Shown here in pieces: positions 1 to 10,296 of a DNA stretch of 64,000 bases. Each line of letters starts with the position of its first letter. Positions within the stretch are counted from its first letter, which is position 1. The notes under the pieces were generated by a model. It searched no databases. It saw only the letters and a list, made by a program, of their open reading frames with translations, and was not told the DNA's origin. The DNA comes from Truepera sp. Its GTDB lineage: Bacteria; Deinococcota; Deinococci; Deinococcales; Trueperaceae. Both the position numbers and the translations under genes were made by a program. The stretch lies in contig CBDCKW010000005.1 of NCBI GenBank assembly GCA_965218435.1, positions 608,001-672,000 of the forward strand. Direction: 5' to 3'.

Positions 1-282
1 CAGCGTTGCAGCGTCCAAAGTGGCGATATCTACCACCGAGTCGTTAGGAAGCTTGAGCAACATCTCACCAGCGGTAGGCTCTAAGGCCCGCAGCACCGTA
101 CGACCAAGCGTCGTTTTGCCACACCCTGACTCGCCCACCAAGCCGACGGTCTCCCCTGCTTGAATGTGAAAGTTGACGTCGTCGACCGCTTTGACATTTC
201 CTACGGTACGGCGCAAAAAGCCCGCGTGCACCGGAAAGTATTTCTTTAAGCCTTTAACCTCTAAGAGCGGCGTGTTACGCAT
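1..282 (-). CDS. Peptide/nickel-type ABC transporter ATP-binding subunit (OppF-like), 3' part runs off window
   Basis: Manual translation from ATG at 282: [61 protein letters not shown] (Walker A). Overlaps the stop of the upstream ATPase. Confidence 0.9.
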   Translation of the reverse strand, partial: MRNTPLLEVKGLKKYFPVHAGFLRRTVGNVKAVDDVNFHIQAGETVGLVGESGCGKTTLGRTVLRALEPTAGEMLLKLPNDSVVDIATLDAATL

Positions 283-1348
283 GCTGGGCCTCATCATGAT
301 GTAGAAAGCAACGTACAAAGTGTCCTTGCTCTATCTCCTGAAGTGCGGGAATAGCCTGACTGCAGGATCCAAACGCGTCATCGCAACGTGCCCTAAAGCG
401 GCATTCAATAGGAAGATTTATAGGTACGGGTACGTTACCTCGGATGGCCTCGAGGTGCTCACGCTTTTTGGTACTCACCGTGGGCACAGACGCCAGCAAT
501 TTACGCGTATAGGGATGAAGCGGATTTTTGAATAGGTCGTGAACCCGGCCGTACTCTACGATCTGCCCCAAATACATCACGGCCATCGTATCGGCGACCT
601 GTGCCACTACGCCTAAATCGTGCGTGATATAGATCATCGACATATCGAACTCGTCTTTAAGATCGTTCATAAGCTTGAGAATCTGCCACTGTACCGTGAC
701 ATCGAGGGCAGTCGTCGGCTCATCGGCGATCAGGAGTGACGGCCTCCCGGCTAACGCCATGGCAATCATGGCTCGCTGACGAAGACCTCCGGAGAGTTCA
801 AAAGGATACGCGTTGAGGGTCCTTTTCGGCTCCGGCATGCCGACCTTGGCAAGCGTCGCCAAGGCAATGTCTTGGGCTTCTTGCTTGTCCCTCGTTCGGT
901 GCAACAAGACCGTCTCCACAATCTGGTTGCCGATGGTGTGTACCGGCGACAGGCTGGTCATCGGCTCCTGGAAAACCATCGCGACGCGGCTGCCGCGAAT
1001 CTTGCGGAGTGCCCGGCTCTCTTCACTAAGCTGAGCAATGTCTACCGTTTGACCGCCCTTTTCGTGAAGCAGGATCTGACCACCCACAATTTTCCCTGGC
1101 CGCTTGACCAGTCGCAGAATCGAGCGCGCGGTCATGCTCTTGCCACAGCCGCTCTCACCGATAATTCCCAAAGTTTCTCGTCTCTTTACGGAGAAACTGA
1201 CGCCGTCAACCGCCTTGAGCAAACCCTCATCGAGAAAGAAGTGGGTTTTGAGGTCTTTGACCTCGAGCACAGTGTTTTGGGTGTGGGCGGTGGGTCCCTC
1301 GCGGTTACTTGTAGGGGTCGGCTGCATCTCGGACTCCATCTCCAACAA
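275..1348 (-). CDS. Peptide-type ABC transporter ATP-binding subunit (OppD-like)
   Basis: GESGCGKS Walker A, LSGGLRQR signature, IADEPT Walker B, HPYT and C-terminal Cys cluster. Exact start uncertain. Confidence 0.92.
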   Translation of the reverse strand: MLEMESEMQPTPTSNREGPTAHTQNTVLEVKDLKTHFFLDEGLLKAVDGVSFSVKRRETLGIIGESGCGKSMTARSILRLVKRPGKIVGGQILLHEKGGQTVDIAQLSEESRALRKIRGSRVAMVFQEPMTSLSPVHTIGNQIVETVLLHRTRDKQEAQDIALATLAKVGMPEPKRTLNAYPFELSGGLRQRAMIAMALAGRPSLLIADEPTTALDVTVQWQILKLMNDLKDEFDMSMIYITHDLGVVAQVADTMAVMYLGQIVEYGRVHDLFKNPLHPYTRKLLASVPTVSTKKREHLEAIRGNVPVPINLPIECRFRARCDDAFGSCSQAIPALQEIEQGHFVRCFLHHDEAQHA

Positions 1349-2426
1349 AATTGAACGCTAGCACGATCACGATCACGAACCCAGCGGGAATGAGCATCCA
1401 AGGGTAGAGGGCCACCGTTCGGATGTTCTGGGCGTCCTGTAGTAGCGTTCCCAAGCTTACCGCGGGCGGCTGGATACCGAGACCCAAGAACGACAGCGCC
1501 GTCTCGCCGAGAATCACACTCGGGACGAGCAGTGTAACCTGGACAATCAGATAAGAGGCGAACGAAGGTACGAGGTGCCTGAGAATTACCCGGGAGTGAC
1601 TCGCACCCGAGATAATTGCTGCGGTGACAAAGTCTTCTTCCCGAAGTTCTAAAAACTTGCCGCGTACCACGCGAGCAATGCCGCTCCAGCCGATCAGCGA
1701 CAAGATAACGGTAATGCCAAAAAATACTTTGACCGACGACCAGTGGGGCGGCAAGGCGGCGCTAAGCGCCATCCACAGCGGGATAGTAGGAATCGACAGA
1801 AGAAACTCGATAAGCCGCTGTACAATTAGATCCGTAATTCCGCCGAAGTATCCGGAGATACCCCCCAAGACCACACCCAAGACGAAACTCAGCGCCACCC
1901 CAACGAGTCCCACGAACAGGGAGATGCGCAGAGCGGCGACGGTTCTCGAGAAGATATCGCGTCCTAAGGCGTCGGTACCGAATAGAAAGACGGTGCCGTC
2001 TTCTACCCCGAAAAGGTGAATATCGGTGGACACCAAACCCAGAAGCTTATAGGGTGGGCCATGGACAAAAAAGCGTAGCGGCAACGCTGTTTCGGGATCG
2101 GGCTTGAATACGAACGAAAAGGTGACCGGATCGTTAGTCCGAGTGTAACCGTAGATAAAGGGCCGTATTCCCCCTTCGCCAAAGATATGAACCGTTTGCG
2201 GTGGTGCGTTTAAGAATTGCGTGGACTTGGTGTTCGCGTTGTAGGGAGCAACGAAGTCGGCGAACACTGCCAGCAAGTAGAGCAGCGTCAGTACTGCAAG
2301 ACTAACGAGCGCCAACTTGTGCTTCTTGAACTTCCGCCAGATAAGCTGCCGCTGCGAGGCGATATAGTAACGCTCATCCTCAGCAGGTGCGGCGGCTTTG
2401 GACTTTGCTCTTGCTTCTATGGCCAT
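1305..2426 (-). CDS. Peptide-type ABC transporter permease (OppC-like)
   Basis: FGTDALGRD, EEDFVTAAIISGAS (EAA loop), [15 protein letters not shown]. Confidence 0.92.
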   Translation of the reverse strand: MAIEARAKSKAAAPAEDERYYIASQRQLIWRKFKKHKLALVSLAVLTLLYLLAVFADFVAPYNANTKSTQFLNAPPQTVHIFGEGGIRPFIYGYTRTNDPVTFSFVFKPDPETALPLRFFVHGPPYKLLGLVSTDIHLFGVEDGTVFLFGTDALGRDIFSRTVAALRISLFVGLVGVALSFVLGVVLGGISGYFGGITDLIVQRLIEFLLSIPTIPLWMALSAALPPHWSSVKVFFGITVILSLIGWSGIARVVRGKFLELREEDFVTAAIISGASHSRVILRHLVPSFASYLIVQVTLLVPSVILGETALSFLGLGIQPPAVSLGTLLQDAQNIRTVALYPWMLIPAGFVIVIVLAFNFVGDGVRDAADPYK

Positions 2427-2427
2427 C

Positions 2428-3414
2428 TCAATTCTCCAACCGGATGCGGGGGTCGAAGACGGCCAGCAAAATGTCTGACACCAGCGTACCGATAACCGTT
2501 AGCACCGACAAAATCAGCACGATGCTGCCTGCAAGATAGGTGTCTTGCCGGATGAGCGCGTTGTAAAGTAAGGGCCCCATATCGGGAATACCCATGACGA
2601 TTGAAACGATGACCTGACCGGAGAAGACCGCTGGGATAAGCCAGCCTGCCGTGCTGATAATCGGGTTTAGCGCAATGCGAACAGGGTACTTCCAGAGTAC
2701 ACGGTTGCCAGGGAGGCCTTTAGCTCTCGCGGTTTCGACGTAGGGCCGTTGCAACTCATCAAGCAGCGACCCGCGCAAAATGCGGATCAGCGGAGCGGTA
2801 CCTGAGAGGGCAATGATAAGTACCGGTAACGGGAGGTGAGCCGCCATATTCCAAAACTTTGCCCAGCTCATCGGCTCGCCTAGATATTCAGGTGAGACAA
2901 GACCGCCGAGGCTCAACCCGAGGTACTTGTAGGAGAAAAACATCAAAATAAGCGCGACTAAAAAGTTGGGGATGGAGAGCCCGATAAAGCCGATAAAGGT
3001 AGCCAGGTAGTCCCAGACTGAATATTGACGCGTAGCTGAAAGGATGCCAATGGGAATAGCGAGGGCGTAGGTGACGCCAATTGTAAGAAACGCCAGTAGC
3101 AGCGTAACGGGCAACCGTTCGGCGATAAGGGCGGTTACCGGCCGTCCATAGGAAAACGAGAACCCGAAGTTACCCTGGAAAATTCCGCTTATCCACTTGA
3201 GGTACTGCTGCGGGAGGGGTAAGCCAAGTCCGTACTGTTGCTTAAGCCCTTCGATGATCTCATCGTTGACCTGCGCTCCCTGGGCGCGCAAGGTGATCAC
3301 GTAATTGCTGAGCCAATCTCCGGGGGGGAGCTGAATGATGACGAAGGACACTACAGAAAGAAGCGCCACGAGAAATACGCCAAATACAAGGCGGCGGGCA
3401 AGGTACCGAATCAC
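2428..3414 (-). CDS. Peptide-type ABC transporter permease (OppB-like)
   Basis: LPPGD N-terminal motif, YVETARAKGL, DPRIR C-terminus. Start placed at GTG 3414 (ORF extends to 3477). Confidence 0.9.
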   Translation of the reverse strand: MIRYLARRLVFGVFLVALLSVVSFVIIQLPPGDWLSNYVITLRAQGAQVNDEIIEGLKQQYGLGLPLPQQYLKWISGIFQGNFGFSFSYGRPVTALIAERLPVTLLLAFLTIGVTYALAIPIGILSATRQYSVWDYLATFIGFIGLSIPNFLVALILMFFSYKYLGLSLGGLVSPEYLGEPMSWAKFWNMAAHLPLPVLIIALSGTAPLIRILRGSLLDELQRPYVETARAKGLPGNRVLWKYPVRIALNPIISTAGWLIPAVFSGQVIVSIVMGIPDMGPLLYNALIRQDTYLAGSIVLILSVLTVIGTLVSDILLAVFDPRIRLEN

Positions 3415-3518
3415 GCTTTGCAGTCCCTTAACCTTGCCTGTGTAACTTGTAGGTTGGTGCACTGGGCAGTGCACCAACCCTTCATGAAGCTGCTTTTATC
3501 AAGCATCAACGTTAGACC

Positions 3519-5477
3519 TTACTGCCAGTAGAACTGGTAGTGACGGTTGTAGGTTCCAATGCCGATACTGGCATTGTCGGTAAAGGTATTTTCATCAACG
3601 TTGCCTAAGCCATTTCGGGTTACTGCAGGTTTGGGCACCAAACCGATGGTACCGATTCTGTAAAGGCCTTTTTCCCAAAGATCAAAAATTTCCGTTAAGG
3701 CCGTTTGCTGGTCTGCCTCGGACATGGTAGGTAGATTACGGTAAAGTTCGAACATGCGCTGCACAGCAGCAGGGGGTTCTTCACCTTGAGCGCCATTTGA
3801 GTTGTACCAGAGCTGCCACTGGGGTGCCCACTGCTGACCCGAGATATAGCCGTTTGCGCCAATCTTGATAGCCTCTTCTGAAACTCCGTCCATAGCCCAG
3901 CCTGCCACCATAAAGTCGCCGGAATCGAACTGCTCGCCCATTAAGGTGCGCTCCGTATCCTTGACACCCGTACGAATACCGACGGCTTGCCAGTAGTCAC
4001 GAACGAGTTCGGAAATCTTAGCGGGAACGGCGTCGGGCACGTTGGAGATAGTGAGGGTAAACGGTTGACCGTCGGAACGAAGTCTGAAATTCTCATTGTC
4101 GCGCTTGTCCATACCCATTTCGTCAAGTAGCTTGTTGGCCTGATCGGGGTTGTACTCAATCATATAGTTTCCCCAGTCGTCTTTATAAGCGCTCGAGGTG
4201 GGGCTTATCGTGGCCTGTAAAGGCGTACCTTGACCAAGCGCGATAATGTCGTTGATTTCATCACGGTTTAACGCCAATGACAAAGCTTGCCGGAAACGTA
4301 CATCACGTAAAACATCACCTACTGCCTTAGCTCCGGCATAGTTCTGGTTCACTGAGTAGGCAGCGATTGACGTCCATAAGCTCGGCGCAAGCCAGGGGTG
4401 ATAGTTGCCTCGGTCGGCCCCATCGACAAATGCGGGATAGTCACTGATCGAAGTGCCCCAGTCCTGATAGTCGTACTGGCCCGCAGCCATCTTGACCGCT
4501 AAGTTGGCCGTATTGTCGAAGTTCGTCGCCACCACACGGTTGATGTAAGGAAGCTGATTACCCGCCGTATCAACTTTGAAATAGTAAGGATTGCGCTCCA
4601 TCACGGTGCCTTGCGGACTCCGCTCCCTCACAACCCAAGGACCCATCGTAGGCACGTCAGGGGTAACGCGGAACCATTCATAACGTTTGGCCCCGAAATA
4701 CTGAACCCAAGTTTCGTAACCTGCCGCCTTCGCTTCAGCCTCCACATTTGGGTTATAGGTTTTATGAAAGGGTTTTAGATAGTGTGCGGCTTCAAAGATG
4801 TCGCCTTGAACACCGTTGAATACGACGCCGGCTAAATGGGCGAGAAACGAAAAGTAGGGGGCTGTGAAGCCGAACTCGAGCGTGTACTCGTCGAGCTTTT
4901 TGACCTTCATCGGCTGACCGCCGGGTTGAAACGCCTGCGGAACATTAGGCGTAATTTCCTCGTTAAGGATGATGTCGTTCCACCAAAACAGGACGTCGTC
5001 GGCAGTAAAAGGTGCGCCGTCAGACCATTTCATACCTGGACGCAAAGACAAGGTGAACGTCTTGCCATCGTCACTAAACGACCAGCCTTTGGCAATATTG
5101 GGAACGATGGTCTGACCGTCTCGGGCTAGGTTCAGCATGTATTCGGCGGTGGTAAAGTTCGAAGCAGGATAGCCGACTGTATCCGACACCTGAGCCAGTG
5201 TAAGTGAGCCCCCATATTTGCCGACCTCACCGAAAGGATTGTCCACTAAAGGCTCCTCAGGCAGGCGCTGCTCGAGCGGCGGCAGGGTACCCTGATCGAC
5301 AAGCTCTTGCAACATCGGGGCTTGGTGAAACTCACTAAGGGTGTTGCCGGTGGCCTGCTCATAGTCAGCGACCGTAGCCCAGCCCCATAGAGGTTTCTCT
5401 GCTGGAGCCGACTGGCCCAGCGCAAAACCAAAAAAGCCGACGATTACGACGAAAAGAATATTTTTAACTTTGTTCAC
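3519..5477 (-). CDS. ABC transporter substrate-binding protein, family 5 (probably oligosaccharide-binding subgroup)
   Basis: Signal peptide, LPPLEQRLPEEP, KWSDGAPFTADDVLF, RNPYYFKVD..GNQLPYI. RBS GGAGG upstream. Confidence 0.9.
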   Translation of the reverse strand: MNKVKNILFVVIVGFFGFALGQSAPAEKPLWGWATVADYEQATGNTLSEFHQAPMLQELVDQGTLPPLEQRLPEEPLVDNPFGEVGKYGGSLTLAQVSDTVGYPASNFTTAEYMLNLARDGQTIVPNIAKGWSFSDDGKTFTLSLRPGMKWSDGAPFTADDVLFWWNDIILNEEITPNVPQAFQPGGQPMKVKKLDEYTLEFGFTAPYFSFLAHLAGVVFNGVQGDIFEAAHYLKPFHKTYNPNVEAEAKAAGYETWVQYFGAKRYEWFRVTPDVPTMGPWVVRERSPQGTVMERNPYYFKVDTAGNQLPYINRVVATNFDNTANLAVKMAAGQYDYQDWGTSISDYPAFVDGADRGNYHPWLAPSLWTSIAAYSVNQNYAGAKAVGDVLRDVRFRQALSLALNRDEINDIIALGQGTPLQATISPTSSAYKDDWGNYMIEYNPDQANKLLDEMGMDKRDNENFRLRSDGQPFTLTISNVPDAVPAKISELVRDYWQAVGIRTGVKDTERTLMGEQFDSGDFMVAGWAMDGVSEEAIKIGANGYISGQQWAPQWQLWYNSNGAQGEEPPAAVQRMFELYRNLPTMSEADQQTALTEIFDLWEKGLYRIGTIGLVPKPAVTRNGLGNVDENTFTDNASIGIGTYNRHYQFYWQ

Positions 5478-5560
5478 AGTTTACCTCCTGGACTCGGTGA
5501 CATCTAGTTTGCTCAGCCTGCCCCTTACCGCGAAACGCGGTTTAATCAGCGTGAAACCTC

Positions 5561-6400
5561 CTAATCTATAGCTGAAGCCTTAGGGTGGTAAAGTGAACGC
5601 TCATAGGGTTCTGCGGTTCCGTGATACCGGGGTAGCAACGAATTTACCTTAGTAGCGGCCGCTTGTGACCAACTGTCCGGCGGGTGTTGGGTTTTTTTAA
5701 CTACCTGCGCCTGAATTCGCTCTGGCAGCGCGGCGAAGTCCGGCTGGTACCAAAGCGTAAGGAGCGTCCGGCGCTCGCTACTACCGTTGCCGTATGCAGC
5801 GTGCAAGATGCGAGCGTCACCGACGAGTAAATCGCCCGCTTTTACAGGCACGTCCACCTCGTCGGGCCGAGTCGAAAATTCGGGTCGACGCATGTCCTTG
5901 GCCTCACTGAGTGCCGCCGAATGAGGCGCGTCTAACAAGTCGTGGAGTGCGTTATGGGTGATGTGAGAACCAGGAATGACCCTTAAGCAACCGTTCTGGC
6001 GCGTTGTATCGACCAGGTAGTACATCAAGAAGAGTTGCTGCGGCGCGCGCTCATAGGCAGAGGGGTCTTCCCAGGCAAACCAGTCGTAGTGCCAAAAGAG
6101 TGCCGGCCCCTGCGGGGGTTTACTGATGACATAACCGTCGGAGAAGGTCGGCTGCATATATCCAAGGGAGGCTAGGGCCTCGAGCGCCCCAGGATAGGCA
6201 ATCAAATCGGCGAACACCGGATCGCTCATGACGCTGACCATACTGCCGGTAGCGCGAGCTTTCTTGGCATTTTTCTCACTCTGAGTCGCTAACACTCGGT
6301 CTGTAACTTGTTGCAGACGTTGCAGCATGTCAGCCGAGAGCACACCTTCAAAGCGGCAGTAGCCGCGCTCGATAAGTTGCTGCCGTTTATCTTCTTTCAT
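5561..6400 (-). CDS. Phytanoyl-CoA dioxygenase (PhyH) family Fe(II)/2OG dioxygenase
   Basis: WHYD (HxD), NGCLRVIPGSH, distal His in ILHAA, RRTL. Confidence 0.85.
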   Translation of the reverse strand: MKEDKRQQLIERGYCRFEGVLSADMLQRLQQVTDRVLATQSEKNAKKARATGSMVSVMSDPVFADLIAYPGALEALASLGYMQPTFSDGYVISKPPQGPALFWHYDWFAWEDPSAYERAPQQLFLMYYLVDTTRQNGCLRVIPGSHITHNALHDLLDAPHSAALSEAKDMRRPEFSTRPDEVDVPVKAGDLLVGDARILHAAYGNGSSERRTLLTLWYQPDFAALPERIQAQVVKKTQHPPDSWSQAAATKVNSLLPRYHGTAEPYERSLYHPKASAID

Positions 6401-6525
6401 AACCTTAGCTCCTTTTCGACCCGAGGGAAATTACCTACAGGCTTGTCCTACACCGCCGCTCTAACGGCTAAAAACAGGTGTAATTCTCTAATAGTTGTGC
6501 TCGTCACAAAGACACTACAAAGGAT

Positions 6526-6559
6526 AAATGGGCAAGTCAAGGTTGGTTTTGCCCGTTTT
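6526..6559. promoter_or_regulatory. Putative operator, copy 1: AAATGGGCA-N15-TGCCCGTTTT
   Basis: Imperfect inverted repeat. The same arms and spacer length recur at 6806-6839 in the divergent intergenic region. Confidence 0.6.
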
Positions 6560-6805
6560 TTACGAAGAGGCTGCTGACAACCCTTAGATGATTGACATGG
6601 TAGATAAAGTCGGATCCACTGCTTTTGCAGTGCTCGAACTGTGTAACCTGAGGTGTAACACATTTACTCAAGGAGTCCCGAAGACACTTAACGTAAAGCA
6701 AGCACCATTTCTAATTGAAGGCGGGAAGCCGAAAACTATCACTCTGAGTCTTGACAAAGTGCTACTGGACCTTTGTATGAGACGCCCCGATGAACAGGTA
6801 GTCAA

Positions 6806-6839
6806 AAATGGGCAGCAAGGGCATGGACATGCCCGTTTT
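6806..6839. promoter_or_regulatory. Putative operator, copy 2: AAATGGGCA-N15-TGCCCGTTTT
   Basis: Identical arms and 15-nt spacer length, 280 bp from copy 1. Confidence 0.6.
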
Positions 6840-7013
6840 CGGGTGCTAGCCTCCATAAATCAAGCTGTAGGCGCTAACCCGCTCCTCTCAGGCACCGAGT
6901 TGACAAGCAACTAAAGAGCCATACCCGGATTTGTCTAGAAAGTGATGTTCCGACCTAGCTATATTTCTGCTCGACTTGCAGGGCCTACCAAAGTTTGGTT
7001 GAAGGAGCTATTC

Positions 7014-8123
7014 GTGGCTAGACTGTGGAAAGACTACACTCGGAAAGAACTTTTGCAGCGGCTGGGTCGGCTCGAGCAGCTCGGTGGGGTACGCCTTGTA
7101 ACTCTTGGTGACGGAGCAGAGCACGGTGTGCGCGTGCTCGAGTTTCGCACTGGCAGCGGGTTTAACTTCGATATACTCGTTGACCGTGCGTTTGACGTTG
7201 GGCGCTGCTCTTTTCAAGAGTGGCCACTCGCCTGGGAATCGCCCGTTGGCTTCACGGGGCCGTGGTTCTACGAACCGCAAGGGTTAGGCTTTCTGCGCTC
7301 TTTCGGCGGGGGTCTGTTGACGACCGGCGGCCTCGACCACACGCTTTTTCCGACCAACGATACCGCCGAACCGTACCACTATCCTCCAAAAACGACGGAA
7401 CATTACGGGCTACATGGGCGCGTCTCTAACCGTCCGGCGCGTCTGACAGGCTACGGTGAACGCTGGGAGGGCGACGAGTGCCTCCTCTGGGCTGAGGGCG
7501 AAGTATGTCAAGCATCCGCGTTAGGCGAAAATCTGCGGCTAACGCGGCGCATCGAAACCTACCTCGGGACGTCAAGCCTAAGAATTTACGATGAGGTTGA
7601 GAATATTGGCTACCACCCGACGCCGCACATGCTTCTCTACCACGTCAACCTTGGCTTTCCAATCGTAGATGAAGGGGCGGAAGTGCTCCTACCCGCCGAG
7701 CAGGTTTACCCTCGTGGAGACTATCCTAGCGACAATTTTTCTACCCTTACCTCACCCACGCCCGACTTCGAGGAGCGGGTGTTCGAATACCAGCCGGTAC
7801 CGGAAAAAGACGGGGCGGTGCCTGTCGCCATCCTCAACCGGAAGCGTGAGCTCGGCTTCTACCAGGTTTTTCAACTCAAACAGCTACCGCACCCCTTCGT
7901 CTGGCAGATGCTCGGTGAAGGGCACTATGTCGTGGCGCTCGAGCCCAGCACCAACCGAGTAGTGGGCAGGCACGACGCTAGAGAACAGGGCGAGCTGATC
8001 CAACTGGAGCCGGGTGAGGTGAGGCACTACGACTTAGAACTAGGTGTGCTCGCAGGGTCAGACGCGCTTGAAGCCTTTGCAGAGCGGGTGACCGGACTCC
8101 GCAACGCTAAGGAAAAGGCGTGA
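7014..8123 (+). CDS. Aldose 1-epimerase-like protein (DUF4432 family)
   Basis: GFLRSFGGGLLTTGGL, GLHGRVSN, MLLYHVNLGFP, ALEPST. RBS AAGGAG precedes GTG 7014. Confidence 0.85.
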   Translation: MARLWKDYTRKELLQRLGRLEQLGGVRLVTLGDGAEHGVRVLEFRTGSGFNFDILVDRAFDVGRCSFQEWPLAWESPVGFTGPWFYEPQGLGFLRSFGGGLLTTGGLDHTLFPTNDTAEPYHYPPKTTEHYGLHGRVSNRPARLTGYGERWEGDECLLWAEGEVCQASALGENLRLTRRIETYLGTSSLRIYDEVENIGYHPTPHMLLYHVNLGFPIVDEGAEVLLPAEQVYPRGDYPSDNFSTLTSPTPDFEERVFEYQPVPEKDGAVPVAILNRKRELGFYQVFQLKQLPHPFVWQMLGEGHYVVALEPSTNRVVGRHDAREQGELIQLEPGEVRHYDLELGVLAGSDALEAFAERVTGLRNAKEKA

Positions 8124-10291
8124 CGAACGCGGACATCCTATTGGGTCAACTGGCCAACGGTGCCTCGGTGTGCGCTGTTCTCGGAGTTGAAGGCTGGGGT
8201 CTTAACGTCCACGCGCCCGGGTGCGCGTCTGCCCACCAGGATCGGCCGGTGTGCGCTGAAGTCTGGGACGGAAAGCAAGTCAAGGCGTACCACCGTGGCT
8301 ACGATACCGTGGTACGTGAAGCTGAGGGTTTCGTCGGACGGTCTCGGCTCGTCCTTACAGACAGCGCTAGCGCTACACTAATAGTAGAAGACTACTGGTC
8401 GGTGCCGGGCGACACCCTACAAATGGCGCGAACTGTCCGGGTAGAGGGGGCCGCCTCGGGAGGGTTTCTTACAAGCATTACGCTCGAGCTCAACTTGCCC
8501 CTCACCTGGCTAGATGTGGACGCTTTTGCCCCTGGAATGATCTACGGCAGTGAAAACATCGCGCCACACGCCATCGGCAGCGTTTCTCACTATCTTACCG
8601 GCGTGCGCAGTGTACGCATTCGTGAGGACCGTCTGCCAGCCCCGTTGCTGGGGCTGGCGCTTCGTGACGGCACCTCGGTCGCCGTTCTCAACCCCACGCC
8701 TCGTGGCAACACGACCCGAGAAGATAGTCGTGACTTAGAAGGCACCCCACTCGTGGATGCACGCTTTACGTTTGCGGCTCTAGGTAGTAGCGAGCGGGAC
8801 GGACATCTAGAGGTGGGTCTTTACTTCCCCGGCACCGAGGGGGAGATCACCTATCTGGCTGATACCCCTTTTGCAGGGGGGCAGTTTGGTGACAATCAGC
8901 GGCGGCGGTGGCGGGGACGCTACCACCCTTTTCAAGACGGCTTCGAGCAACGTTACGCAGCAGCCTTCCGGTTCGGGAGTTGCGAACGCGATCAAACCTT
9001 CCGCCGAAACGCCTGGCATTGGGCGTGGTCGGCGCTCGAACCTAGAGTCGCCAAGCAAGACCTTGCGGCCACACGAGAGGCGCTAGGAGACATGCTAGAA
9101 GCTTCTATCCAGCAGGTTGATAACCGGGCCGGGCCCACCCACGTGGTCGATTCGGTAAGTGGCGCGGTACAACCGTCTCCTGTGCTGATGGGGTTTACGG
9201 GACGCGCGGTAGAAACGGGTGAATTGCTGCTGCGTTCCGCTAGCGACCTGAGTGGTCAAGCCGCTGTGCAGCGGCGTGCGCGGGCGCTTTCCGTACTCGA
9301 GACCTTTGCACGCCTGCCCGTCACGCCCCCTCAAGCCGAGGGCCTCGACCTGCATGGTGGGCAGCTCAGCAGCGGCGTGCGCCCGGATTTTTACGTGCGG
9401 GCGCTCGCAGAAGGTGGCAAGTTCATGCTGCGCGCGTATGAACGGGAGTTGGCAAAAGGCGAGGCGCACCCCCACTGGCTAACTTGGTGCGTGCAGCTCG
9501 CTGACTGGCTGCTGACTCAAGAGCTGCCGGCTGGAGGTTTTCCACGCGCCTGGCGCGACCTCACGGCGGAGGTTGTCGCGGACGACCCACGCTCGAGCAA
9601 CGCGGTCGTACCCTTTTTCGTGCCACTCGCCCATGTGACTGGAAAGGAAATCTATCTACAGGCAGCGTTGCGTGCAGCGGAGCTGTGCTGGGCCTTAGGG
9701 GGCAGTCGTGGCGGTTTCGTGGGTGGCACACTCGACAACGCCAACGTGGTGGACAAAGAAGCGGGTACCTTGGCGCTCGAGGCGTACCTCGCGCTTTACG
9801 ACGCAACTTCCGATTCCCGTTGGCTTGTGCGGGCCGAAGACGCAGCGGATTTCGCCGAGACCTGGATTTACCTTTGGAACGTGCCGATGCCGGCGGATGA
9901 GGCAGACGCAGACCTGCACTGGAAGCAGGGCGTCACCACGGTCGGTGCACAACTTATTGCCACCGGGCACTCCCTTACGGACACCTATATGACCTGGGAT
10001 GTAGCGAACTATGCCAAACTCGCACGGCTGACGGGCGACCCGCATTATTTCGAGGTAGCAAAGCTGCTTTTTCATAACACCAAAGTCATGCTGGCCTTGC
10101 CGGGACGCCCCTTTGATCTCGTCGGCCCCGGCTGGCAGCAAGAGCACTGGAGCTTCGCTCCGCCGCGTGGTCGGGGCATCCACCGCTTCTGGTTGCCTTG
10201 GGTTACGTGCAGTCACCTAGAGGGACTCTATAGTCTCGAGGATTTTGATCCCCAACTCTATTATGAGCTGGCCAGGCCAGTGGAACGTTAA
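8120..10291 (+). CDS. Uncharacterised 723-aa protein, probable beta-sandwich plus (alpha/alpha) toroid sugar-active enzyme
   Basis: Translationally coupled in the operon. C-terminal helical repeats (LYDATSDSRWLVRAEDAADF, LARLTGDPHYFEVAK) resemble six-hairpin glycosidase-like folds. Confidence 0.55.
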   Translation: MTNADILLGQLANGASVCAVLGVEGWGLNVHAPGCASAHQDRPVCAEVWDGKQVKAYHRGYDTVVREAEGFVGRSRLVLTDSASATLIVEDYWSVPGDTLQMARTVRVEGAASGGFLTSITLELNLPLTWLDVDAFAPGMIYGSENIAPHAIGSVSHYLTGVRSVRIREDRLPAPLLGLALRDGTSVAVLNPTPRGNTTREDSRDLEGTPLVDARFTFAALGSSERDGHLEVGLYFPGTEGEITYLADTPFAGGQFGDNQRRRWRGRYHPFQDGFEQRYAAAFRFGSCERDQTFRRNAWHWAWSALEPRVAKQDLAATREALGDMLEASIQQVDNRAGPTHVVDSVSGAVQPSPVLMGFTGRAVETGELLLRSASDLSGQAAVQRRARALSVLETFARLPVTPPQAEGLDLHGGQLSSGVRPDFYVRALAEGGKFMLRAYERELAKGEAHPHWLTWCVQLADWLLTQELPAGGFPRAWRDLTAEVVADDPRSSNAVVPFFVPLAHVTGKEIYLQAALRAAELCWALGGSRGGFVGGTLDNANVVDKEAGTLALEAYLALYDATSDSRWLVRAEDAADFAETWIYLWNVPMPADEADADLHWKQGVTTVGAQLIATGHSLTDTYMTWDVANYAKLARLTGDPHYFEVAKLLFHNTKVMLALPGRPFDLVGPGWQQEHWSFAPPRGRGIHRFWLPWVTCSHLEGLYSLEDFDPQLYYELARPVER

Positions 10292-10296
10292 GGGTT

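Noticed and set aside
6448..6914. Short ORFs in the divergent intergenic region
   Set aside because: No family motifs, and they overlap the putative operators. More likely regulatory DNA.
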